Of a stretch of DNA of 64,000 nucleotides, positions 55,606 through 63,423 are shown piece after piece. The position numbers were made by a program, and so were the translations under genes. Positions within the stretch are counted from its first letter, which is position 1, and every line of letters starts with the position of its first letter. Origin of the DNA: a virus (taxonomy: Duplodnaviria; Heunggongvirae; Uroviricota; Caudoviricetes); the IMG/VR virus record IMGVR_UViG_3300048625_000166; one strand, 5' to 3'. Under the pieces are notes generated by a model. The model was given only the letters and a program-made list of their open reading frames with translations, did no database searches and was not told the origin of the DNA.

Positions 55606-55631
55606 ACCTAAGTAAACTTAGGAGAAATAAA

Positions 55632-55694
55632 ACAGGATGCGTTTTTGCTTTTTACCAATAAAAGTTTTTTTAATTGCTGAATGCATCCTAAAAA
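55632..55694 (-). ncRNA. Y-like RNA A7
   Basis: AGGATGCATTCAGCAA...CTTTT-ATTGGTA-AAAAG...ACGCATCCTG. Confidence 0.7.
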
Positions 55695-55722
55695 CAAAAA
55701 ACCCTGAGAGGATCAGGGTTTG
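55691..55722 (-). terminator. Intrinsic terminator inside the array
   Basis: AAACCCTGA-TCCTC-TCAGGGTTT-TTTGTTTTT. Confidence 0.75.
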
Positions 55723-55741
55723 TAATGTGTTGCAAGTATGT

Positions 55742-56395
55742 TTACTTTTTAGGATAAACATACAGTTTTTGCAAGTCTGGTCTTTCAGGTTCTAACCACT
55801 CGCCTTTCTTGCACATAGCAATGATGCTTTTTGGGCATCCTGCTAACTCTAATTGTGTATAAGAACTAAGTCCTCTACCTTGAATTTTAGGTTGCATATG
55901 ACATGGCTGAGGAACTTCTCTCCAATAACCGGTGCCATTGTCTACACCTGATGCAATGTAGTTAGTGTATTCTGCTTTGATACCAGGACGAAAATAAATT
56001 GTCAAGCCACGATCAGGTGTTTCATACACTCTAGGACCATCAACAAATATTTCTGCCATGTCTAAGCATGTCATTACAGCAGTAGGTCGCTGTAGATGAT
56101 CTAACCTTGTGCCATCAGGGCATGCACCGTTGTCTAACTCAGTTTTATCGCCGTTAGGCAACTCCATGAACTCGCCATGCTGAGTTTTGAATTCACCGAA
56201 CAAGTCTTGGTAATTCTCACTGATCCAGTATTTCTCGCGTGTCCAATCTTCATCCCTATCGATGGTAGTAGTCACACCTTTAAACACTTTAATATAGCCA
56301 CTATCGCCGCCATCAAGTGCTTCATAAGATAATTCTTTATTGACTGTTAATGTCAATTTCTTTGTATTGTAATCATAAATCCATGGTAAAATCAT
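55742..56395 (-). CDS. Hypothetical protein
   Basis: ATAAATA at 56415-56421 and GGAG RBS; 217 aa. Confidence 0.65.
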   Translation of the reverse strand: MILPWIYDYNTKKLTLTVNKELSYEALDGGDSGYIKVFKGVTTTIDRDEDWTREKYWISENYQDLFGEFKTQHGEFMELPNGDKTELDNGACPDGTRLDHLQRPTAVMTCLDMAEIFVDGPRVYETPDRGLTIYFRPGIKAEYTNYIASGVDNGTGYWREVPQPCHMQPKIQGRGLSSYTQLELAGCPKSIIAMCKKGEWLEPERPDLQKLYVYPKK

Positions 56396-56435
56396 AGTTC
56401 GTCTCCGATACTAGTATTTATAGATTAATGAATAA

Positions 56436-56512
56436 TGGCGCCACCGAAGAGATTCGAACTCCTGACTCCTTCGTTCGTAGCGAAGTACTCTAATCCACTG
56501 AGTTACGGCGGC
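56436..56512 (-). tRNA. tRNA-Arg(ACG)
   Basis: Loop CTACGAA. Confidence 0.95.
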
Positions 56513-56520
56513 ATAATATA

Positions 56521-56624
56521 ACAGGATAGTTGTTTTGCAGGGGGAATTGAACCCCCAAGGTTTGATTAGAAGTCAAATTGTGAACCGTTCACATGCGTAT
56601 TGTTTGCTGTAACTATCCTAAAAC
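56521..56624 (-). ncRNA. Y-like RNA A8 containing D, anticodon (Arg TCT) and T arms in normal order
   Basis: AGGATAGTTACAGCAA...GTGAA-CGG-TTCAC, TTTGA-CTTCTAA-TCAAA, GGGGG-TTCAATT-CCCCC...AACTATCCTG. Confidence 0.8.
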
Positions 56625-56699
56625 TGGCATCCTGTACGGGAATCGAACCCGTCTTTATGACTTGAAAGGCCATCGTTCTTACCGATAAACTAACAGGAT
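56625..56699 (-). tRNA. tRNA-Glu(TTC), divergent copy
   Basis: Loop CTTTCAA. Confidence 0.85.
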
Positions 56700-56809
56700 A
56701 TTAATTCGTTCCCGTGCTACGACTTTTACGCAACGACCGTAGTGCCCGATCTCGCAAGTTGCTCCGGACGGGAGTAGAGCAACGTTGTCTTCTTTCTGGC
56801 CAGAAATAC

Positions 56810-56885
56810 TGGCACCCCGTGATGGACTCGAACCACCGCATGTCGGAATCAAAATCCGATGCCTTACCAACTTGGCGAACAGGGT
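56810..56885 (-). tRNA. tRNA-Gln(TTG)
   Basis: Loop TTTTGAT, G73. Confidence 0.9.
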
Positions 56886-56891
56886 ATAATT

Positions 56892-56966
56892 TGGTGGAAG
56901 CCGAGGGAGTTGAACCCTTCTAGACAGCGATCTTGCAAGGATCACCCGTAGCCCGCTACTGCCCCC
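56892..56966 (-). tRNA. tRNA-Ala(TGC), atypical short D arm
   Basis: G3:U70, loop CTTGCAA, D region GTAGC-GG-GCTAC. Confidence 0.7.
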
Positions 56967-57170
56967 AATTGTATGGCGTCCACCGTCGGTATCACACCGC
57001 ACTCCAAGTCAGCTGGTAAGTGCTGACCTACGTATCTCACGTTGAGTGGACTGTCTTATACTTCCATCGTTGCCACCACAGCATTGACTACTCATATAAG
57101 CACTAACTTGAATAGACGCTACCGGGCATTAATATCCGCCCGTATCACAGTTAGTTGGTCTACATAAACT

Positions 57171-57257
57171 TGGTGGAACCCTAAGGAATCGAACCTCTTG
57201 CCACCACCCACCTTATTATGGCTACGATTTTACAGACCGCAAGCGGGAAAGGGCTCC
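57171..57257 (-). tRNA. D-armless tRNA-Tyr(GTA)-like RNA with a long variable arm
   Basis: GGAGCCCT/AGGGTTCC acceptor, GCGGT-CTGTAAA-ATCGT, T loop TTCGATT, CCA; only about 9 nt in place of the D arm. Confidence 0.7.
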
Positions 57258-57268
57258 ATTAAATTGTT

Positions 57269-57342
57269 TGGTCTGGGTGGCAAGAATCGAACTTGCTCCT
57301 CGAGTATCCAAGACTCGCCGACTTCCATTATCCTACACCCAG
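57269..57342 (-). tRNA. tRNA-Pro(TGG), divergent copy
   Basis: Loop CTTGGAT (A37). Confidence 0.85.
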
Positions 57343-57358
57343 ATTGATAAATACTATT

Positions 57359-57922
57359 ATGAATACACAAAAACTACGCCAACTAATGAATCTATGCGAG
57401 GGTCGTAACCCTGATCTAGAATATCAAGACGCAGAAGATAAAGTCATTGCTAGACTTCAAAGTTATAAGAGTCAATCTTATACTAAACTTGCTCAAAAAG
57501 TCAACCGCATCAAAGAATTAAAAGATGAGGTCAAGGCCTTAGAGGAAGAAGTCAAACAAGAAACTCGTGAAAACATCAATGATTTGTTTGATGCCGAAGA
57601 TGCTGTAAAAACACGCATCGTTGAAACTATGAGTTTTATTCTTACTCTAAGCAAGAATCCAAAAGCTACAGAAACTCCTAAGTACAAGGACATTCTGAAT
57701 GAACTTACTAATCACTTGACTCCAGAGTTGATTAACGTCCTAGAAGGTCTTAAGAAACAAATGGTTACTGTTACTCAGAAAGAACCATCATTGAAAATTG
57801 AACCACTTAAGGAAGGTTTCTTAGGCTCATACTTTGCACGTTTGAAAAACGCTGTTATGAGTTGGGGTCAACGTTATGACCAGAAACTCGATAACTTAAA
57901 GCGTTTAGCTTACTCAAAATAA
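57359..57922 (+). CDS. Coiled-coil hypothetical protein, antisense to the tRNA array
   Basis: MNTQKLRQ starts 5 nt after GATAAATA; upstream ORF-track extension is antisense to tRNA-Pro. Confidence 0.7.
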   Translation: MNTQKLRQLMNLCEGRNPDLEYQDAEDKVIARLQSYKSQSYTKLAQKVNRIKELKDEVKALEEEVKQETRENINDLFDAEDAVKTRIVETMSFILTLSKNPKATETPKYKDILNELTNHLTPELINVLEGLKKQMVTVTQKEPSLKIEPLKEGFLGSYFARLKNAVMSWGQRYDQKLDNLKRLAYSK

Positions 57923-57924
57923 GT

Positions 57925-58002
57925 TGGCAGAGGTAACTGGATTCGAACCAGTGTTCACGATTTCAAAGACCGTAGCTTTAGGCCAGACTAAGCTATACCC
58001 CA
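57925..58002 (-). tRNA. tRNA-Gln(TTG)
   Basis: U1:U72 mismatch, loop CTTTGAA, G73. Confidence 0.85.
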
Positions 58003-58243
58003 ACAAAAAACGCTATTCATTAGTATACAGGACATAAGGCCGTCAGGAGGCGAAATGCAGTGTTCATCCTATGATACTAGTGAATAGCATCTTGCGATGC
58101 TATGCTAGAGTCAATGCTCTAGCCAGTTATTTGTACTCCCGGGTTCTCGCCCACGGTTTCATCCAACTGTCCGCCCGTTCAAAGTTTATTATAGTGTTCT
58201 TTCAGGACCTCGTTTCCTGGGCTTACGCTCTTATTCAACACTG

Positions 58244-58411
58244 TTAATCAGCATAGTTTACTAGCTTTTTCAAACTAGCTAACTTTTCCTGATCCTTTTT
58301 CGCTCTCTCATACTTGTTTCGCATGAGAATTCTAACTTGTTCTTTTGACAGAGTATGGTTCTTTAACCAGTTATCTTTGTCAGAAGAACTTAATCTTATT
58401 TCATCCTTCAA
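58244..58411 (-). CDS. Possible 55-aa basic protein (TTG start)
   Basis: Open frame LKDEIRLSS...LVNYAD; weak RBS. Confidence 0.35.
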   Translation of the reverse strand: MKDEIRLSSSDKDNWLKNHTLSKEQVRILMRNKYERAKKDQEKLASLKKLVNYAD

Positions 58412-58457
58412 TTTTTATCAATCTTTCTTTTTGTTCTGTTGTATTTTTGCTACATTC

Positions 58458-58494
58458 AAAACAAAAAACCTCTGGGTTTTTAATCCAGAGGTTT
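58458..58494 (-). terminator. Attenuator terminator upstream of the tRNA array
   Basis: AAACCTCTGG-ATTAAAAAC-CCAGAGGTTT-TTTGTTTT. Confidence 0.85.
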
Positions 58495-58553
58495 CATAAT
58501 CTTTTTGGAGTGTTACTTTAAGCGTAACCGTCTCCTTCTATGAAACTCTCTGG
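58485..58553 (-). promoter_or_regulatory. Antiterminator helix
   Basis: CCAGAGAGTTTCATA (58553-58539) pairs with TATGAAACCTCTGG (58498-58485): 14 bp with one bulge. Confidence 0.75.
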
Positions 58554-58691
58554 TGTTCTCGCATCATAATTGCTCTCTGATCCGCGAATACTAGATAAGC
58601 CTGATGTACCAAACGTAGCCCATACCGGCTGTTGCAATGCGAAAGCATTTAGCCCTGTATGTTTAGCGGTTTGACACATTATGTTTTTCAT
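58518..58691 (-). CDS. 57-aa leader peptide with high codon diversity
   Basis: MKNIMCQTAKHTGLNAFALQQPVWATFGTSGLSSIRGSESNYDARTPESFIEGDGYA; 20 amino acids, 41 distinct codons. Confidence 0.7.
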   Translation of the reverse strand: MKNIMCQTAKHTGLNAFALQQPVWATFGTSGLSSIRGSESNYDARTPESFIEGDGYA

Positions 58692-58768
58692 AGTAAGTTT
58701 ATTTATCTCTGATTAAAAATTTAGTCATTTAAGACTGGTTTTTTGTTGTTTTTGCAACGTATGAGTGA

Positions 58769-58797
58769 AGTATAACTTGTTTTCGATTAGTTGTCAA
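58769..58797 (-). promoter_or_regulatory. sigma70-type promoter for the leader and tRNA array
   Basis: TTGACA-17-TATACT. Confidence 0.85.
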
Positions 58798-58841
58798 CAA
58801 CTTTTTTCGTTAACTTGTCCAAAACTTCAAAATTCTTTTTT

Positions 58842-58895
58842 GCTCGATTTCTCAAGCAATGTGTGTAGTATATATCTGTTTTGAGTTGTTGTCAA
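58842..58895 (-). promoter_or_regulatory. Upstream tandem sigma70 promoter with a boxB-like hairpin and no boxA
   Basis: TTGACA-17-TATACT; GCTTGA-GAAA-TCGAGC. Confidence 0.75.
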
Positions 58896-58911
58896 ACTTT
58901 TTTGGACATCT

Positions 58912-59940
58912 TCACAACAACCATCGTTGATTCTTCATTGTCCACTCTACAACATCACGAAGTTTATCTTGAAATGTGTACTTTGGTTTCCAACCCAACG
59001 ATGCCAGATACTCTCCTGACAAACTGTAGCGAAAATCATGACCAGGTCGTTGACTATCATTTCCAGTGATTTGATATTGTAGCGTCTTGTTCATCACTGT
59101 AGCAATCATTTTGGCAACTGCTAGATTACTAAATTCCTCATTTGCTGTGATGTTGAATTTAGGACAGGTGATGCCTTCTGTGTTGGATGGCAATGAAAAC
59201 TGCTTGTGTGGCAGATTCATAATGAACAATGTGGCTAGAGCCACGTCTTCTACATAGATCCAATGACGTAGTCCACTCACTGTGCCAGTACTATCGCCAT
59301 GAATTGTAACAACTTCATCGTTCGATAACTTATTCATCACTAAACCAATGAACTTTTCTGGATTCTGTCTCTCGCCGAACGTGTTCATAACGTGTAGGCA
59401 GTATATTGGCATGCCATACGTATTCTCATATGCTACGCACAGTTCTTCTGCCGCGGCCTTACTTGCACTATATGGACTACGACTGTTATATCTGTCGTAT
59501 TCGTTGAAATTTACACCAGCTGGAGCACTTCCAAAAATCTCATCCGTCCCAAAATAGATGAACTTTTCTAGATTAGGAAGATGATGCCTTGCATATTCCA
59601 ATAGGTTACATGTGCCTACCACGTTGTCTTGAATGAATTGAACTGGATTTTGTATGCTTCTGTCAACGTGACTACCCGCGGCTAGGTGAATAATATAGTC
59701 AACGTTGCCTAGTTGTTTGGCTAGCTGAGGATTAATTTCTGCACGAAGATCATGGTAGATTACTCTAAGATTATGATTTACTGGATCTAACTCATCGCGT
59801 ATTTCGACTAATCTATTCAGATTGCCAGAAAAATCCAGTCTATCCAGACTAGTCACCTGGTAGCCTCTCGACAATAGTTGTTTTATTAGATGATGACCAA
59901 TGAATCCTGCTCCACCTGTCACTAGTACATTTTTACCCAT
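58912..59940 (-). CDS. NAD-dependent dTDP-glucose 4,6-dehydratase (RmlB-like, extended SDR)
   Basis: VTGGAGFIG, HLAAGSHVDRSI, TDE, YSASK, RPGHDFRY. Confidence 0.9.
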   Translation of the reverse strand: MGKNVLVTGGAGFIGHHLIKQLLSRGYQVTSLDRLDFSGNLNRLVEIRDELDPVNHNLRVIYHDLRAEINPQLAKQLGNVDYIIHLAAGSHVDRSIQNPVQFIQDNVVGTCNLLEYARHHLPNLEKFIYFGTDEIFGSAPAGVNFNEYDRYNSRSPYSASKAAAEELCVAYENTYGMPIYCLHVMNTFGERQNPEKFIGLVMNKLSNDEVVTIHGDSTGTVSGLRHWIYVEDVALATLFIMNLPHKQFSLPSNTEGITCPKFNITANEEFSNLAVAKMIATVMNKTLQYQITGNDSQRPGHDFRYSLSGEYLASLGWKPKYTFQDKLRDVVEWTMKNQRWLL

Positions 59941-59944
59941 CCAG

Positions 59945-59976
59945 TATTTATAGACAAGGTTCCTTCAGAATAAATA
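59945..59976. promoter_or_regulatory. Back-to-back late promoter motifs
   Basis: ATAAATA on minus (59945-59951) and on plus (59970-59976), each 4-5 nt from an ATG. Confidence 0.6.
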
Positions 59977-59981
59977 TCAAC

Positions 59982-60884
59982 ATGGACATACTGACTATTA
60001 CATGCGACCGCGACTTCGATATCATGGAGTCTCACGCCAAAAGCATTCAACGTTTTTTGGCACCATGTAAGCATTGGGTTTTCGTAAATCAGTCAAAACG
60101 CTCACGCCAAGACTGGATGGAAATGCTAGAGCCATATTACACAAGGCATGAACTAGAAATTGTCTTCACCGATGACATAGAATCATTTGGTGACTTGAAT
60201 GGTTGGATCGTTCAACAGATATGGAAGATACGTGCAGTAGATTGGATCAAAAAGGATTACGTTGTTTTTGATTCTAAAAACATATTTGTGCGTGACACTG
60301 ACGTTGGCACATGGACTCATGAAGGACCTGGTGTGTTTGGATACTTACCCGACACTGAGCAGAAGCCAGATGATCCTGACTTTGATTTAACTATCAACTA
60401 CATTCTGTCTGCCAGAGATTGCTATGTAAAGTACTATAATTTACCAGCAATTAAAAAGACTATGAACATTATCACGCCATTCGTAGTGCGTGAAAAAGTA
60501 ATGTCTGAGTTGTCAGCTATGATCAAAAAGAATAACGTGTTTGTAGACGTACCAATCGACGACAAGGTTATATGGCATGGTGACTTTTTGCTATACAGTA
60601 TGGTAGCAGAAAAATATGGACTACTAGACACTGAACCTGACTTCCATCTTCCAGGCGATGTTACTAGTAAATCTGTATTCTATCATCATTCAGAATGGGA
60701 ACAAGATGCATACAAGAGTGGGTTTGATAGATTACGCAACAATGAAAACTATGCGTGTTTGAGTCTACATCATACCTGGTTAGCGAATGCTTCAATGAAT
60801 GAGCGTGTGGAAATGGCAGAGTTCTTAGAGCAATTGGATGTGCTACCAGAACGATTAAAAAAACAAATATTGAGAATAAAATGA
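59982..60884 (+). CDS. Glycosyltransferase-like (GT-A/DUF6492-type) protein
   Basis: TITCDRD, GWIVQQIWKI, YVVFDSKNIFVR. Confidence 0.5.
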   Translation: MDILTITCDRDFDIMESHAKSIQRFLAPCKHWVFVNQSKRSRQDWMEMLEPYYTRHELEIVFTDDIESFGDLNGWIVQQIWKIRAVDWIKKDYVVFDSKNIFVRDTDVGTWTHEGPGVFGYLPDTEQKPDDPDFDLTINYILSARDCYVKYYNLPAIKKTMNIITPFVVREKVMSELSAMIKKNNVFVDVPIDDKVIWHGDFLLYSMVAEKYGLLDTEPDFHLPGDVTSKSVFYHHSEWEQDAYKSGFDRLRNNENYACLSLHHTWLANASMNERVEMAEFLEQLDVLPERLKKQILRIK

Positions 60885-61657
60885 GACATGAACAAACTAA
60901 ATTAGACAATCATATTCTTTTTGCAATTCAGTTACTGAGTTATGCCTCCATTCCATTGATGTTCATGTATGCTACTATTGGACAATGGATTATTGCCAGT
61001 ATCATGTGTTTCTTGTTATATCACGTTGGTGTTGCAGTTACATTCCATCGTTTGTTAACTCATAATTCGTTCAGCACAGGTCCAATCACTAAAGTGGTGA
61101 TGACAATCTTAGGCACATTAGCTACTAATGGCAGTTCATTGTACTGGGTTGCACTGCACACAACACATCACAAGTATTCAGATAGTGATAAAGACGTTCA
61201 CAGTCCACGCTTTGGCTTCTGGAAGACTTGGTTCATGCCTATGTATCCACATAGCCCAGTTGACTCTACTAAGCTAGCTATCCGTTTAGCTAAAGAGCCA
61301 TTGCAATTGTTCTTACACAAGTACTATTGGTTCGTTATTGCCGCATATGTTCTAATGTTGTATGTCATTAGTCCATTCGCTATCGTATATGCTTACTTGT
61401 TCCCTGTAATGTTCTCATGGGCAATGTCAGCAGGCATCGTCAACACACTATGCCATGTTCGTGGATATCGCAATCACGAGACTAAAGACAATTCAACAAA
61501 CATTCGTTGGTTCTCTTGGATCACAAACGGTGAAAGCTATCATAACAATCATCACGCTAGACCAAGCAGTGCTAATTTTGGTAGCGATACCGAGTACGAC
61601 CCAGGCTACTCGTTTATCAAGTTGTTAGCAAAGTTGAAACTGGCAACCTTAAAATGA
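60881..61657 (+). CDS. Acyl-CoA/acyl-lipid delta-9-type fatty acid desaturase
   Basis: His boxes HRLLTH, HTTHH, HNNHH; D.HSP; GESYH; transmembrane helices. Confidence 0.92.
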   Translation: MRHEQTKLDNHILFAIQLLSYASIPLMFMYATIGQWIIASIMCFLLYHVGVAVTFHRLLTHNSFSTGPITKVVMTILGTLATNGSSLYWVALHTTHHKYSDSDKDVHSPRFGFWKTWFMPMYPHSPVDSTKLAIRLAKEPLQLFLHKYYWFVIAAYVLMLYVISPFAIVYAYLFPVMFSWAMSAGIVNTLCHVRGYRNHETKDNSTNIRWFSWITNGESYHNNHHARPSSANFGSDTEYDPGYSFIKLLAKLKLATLK

Positions 61658-61971
61658 TAATTGGCAAACCTAAAGGCAAAGACCACTATACTTGTTCCTT
61701 GAGTGATAAGTATTATGAGAATCAATGTAAGAATCCACCAGATTATTACAGTTTGTTTGACTTCCATCAAGTGCCAGATAGCTATACCTTCGTTCCTGAC
61801 ATAAAGAACTATGATAAATTAGAGAAAGTATGTTATCTATTTCATCACAGGCTAGTTCAGTATTATATTGATCACAATTTAGATCCTGATACCCCGTGGT
61901 GGTGGTATGATGACAAAGAGTTACATGCATTAGCAGATAGGCTAGCACAAAGAATAAAGGACACACTATGA
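61654..61971 (+). CDS. Hypothetical protein
   Basis: ATGA overlaps on both sides. Confidence 0.6.
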   Translation: MIIGKPKGKDHYTCSLSDKYYENQCKNPPDYYSLFDFHQVPDSYTFVPDIKNYDKLEKVCYLFHHRLVQYYIDHNLDPDTPWWWYDDKELHALADRLAQRIKDTL

Positions 61972-62792
61972 GTACTAAACGAATTTCACACAAAAACACG
62001 CCAATGGTCATGCGTATTCCATTGCCAGCATCACTAGCACAATTGCAAAAAGAAACACTAGATTTGATTGCTAAACCAAAAGAAGAACGCCGTAGAGTTG
62101 ACAATGATTCAACATTCGCCGCACTTGACGCAGGCGAAGAAGGCAAGTACTCAGTCTATTCGAATGATGGCATCGATATGCAAGGCACGACTGGTGAAAA
62201 GTTTGAGTACAACGTTGCATCGTTCTTTGAAATGAATGACAAAGCCAAGCAATGGGTAGCTGACAATGGCGGCCATCGTCGTGTTATCAGTCCACTAAAT
62301 CGCTATCGTGGCTACATGAATCCTTGGGTCAGTGAGTACTGGGATCCAGGACTAGACGAGCGTGTGTTTGACAAGCCAACTGAGTTGAACGTTGGTATCT
62401 TTAAAGAACTAAACGATTGGTTCAGTAACAAAGGCTATAGTGTTCGTCGTAGTGCTTTAGTCAGAGTTATGCCGCACCAATTCTTGAGTCCCCACGTTGA
62501 CACTGGTCCTGATTTTATCGTTCGATTCCAAATCCCAGTTATTCACAATGACAAAGCGGTAATGGGTTTCAGAAAGTCTAAGACTGATCCATGGACAGTA
62601 TTCAACTTCGAACCAGGTTACATCTATGCTGTTAACTCAGGACTAGAACATTTTGCACGTAACGATGGCGACGATGACCGAGTTCAATTCCGTATCTGTG
62701 TTGAAGAATACAATGTATTAGAAGAACTAGGTTTCGAAGAATGGAATCAAGCCATGACTTGGGAAGATTGGGAAACACCCAAGTATGACTGA
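61968..62792 (+). CDS. 2OG-Fe(II) oxygenase (aspartyl/asparaginyl beta-hydroxylase-like)
   Basis: LSPHVD...RFQIPV...NSGLEH...N.G...RV. Confidence 0.7.
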   Translation: MSTKRISHKNTPMVMRIPLPASLAQLQKETLDLIAKPKEERRRVDNDSTFAALDAGEEGKYSVYSNDGIDMQGTTGEKFEYNVASFFEMNDKAKQWVADNGGHRRVISPLNRYRGYMNPWVSEYWDPGLDERVFDKPTELNVGIFKELNDWFSNKGYSVRRSALVRVMPHQFLSPHVDTGPDFIVRFQIPVIHNDKAVMGFRKSKTDPWTVFNFEPGYIYAVNSGLEHFARNDGDDDRVQFRICVEEYNVLEELGFEEWNQAMTWEDWETPKYD

Positions 62793-63423
62793 TTGCTATC
62801 AAAGTCATGGTAGCGTTGACGAACAAATTGTACTTGAGTTGCACAAATATCTAGACAGTATTTTTCCTCAAGAGATTCGTAATAGTTATCCATTGTCTGA
62901 GAATGTGTATTACACATTCCACATGAAATACTTGTTTGACAAAAGCGTACCATTGGACATGGACGCATTGTCGTGGTATGGCGATGGTGAACGCACAGTT
63001 GACTTGATATATGATATGCATCCCTTGAAGATTTACAAGGTCATTGAATCAGTTAGACGAGGGGTAATTGATATCATCGCTGTGGTAGATGATGCGCCTG
63101 GTAATGAGACCTTCAAAGAATTCATCGGGGCCATGGAAGAAAAAATGGGTCGCAAAGTCCTGAAGGTTGCATTCAGTGTGTGTGGCGAAGGCCATAGAAT
63201 TAAAATACACAAAGACTTTTCTGTTAAATACGACAACAAACTTCACTTAGTTATTAAGAACGGTGGAGTTAGTTCGCTTGTATGGTACGACGACAATTTC
63301 AAAGAACTTGCTAGATGTAATGGGCAAAGTGGTGAATTGTTCTATTTTGAGGGTGACAAATACTTTCACCGTTTTGATAGACCAAAGAGCGAACGCATAC
63401 ATCTAATTATGTGCTTTGAATGA
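62785..63423 (+). CDS. 2OG-Fe(II) oxygenase-like protein
   Basis: IKIHKD...LHLVI...FHRF...ERIHLI. Confidence 0.55.
   Translation: MTDCYQSHGSVDEQIVLELHKYLDSIFPQEIRNSYPLSENVYYTFHMKYLFDKSVPLDMDALSWYGDGERTVDLIYDMHPLKIYKVIESVRRGVIDIIAVVDDAPGNETFKEFIGAMEEKMGRKVLKVAFSVCGEGHRIKIHKDFSVKYDNKLHLVIKNGGVSSLVWYDDNFKELARCNGQSGELFYFEGDKYFHRFDRPKSERIHLIMCFE

Noticed and set aside
55691-55760. A second attenuator at the internal terminator
   Set aside because: I found no upstream sequence complementary to the terminator's 5' arm, so it is treated as a plain terminator
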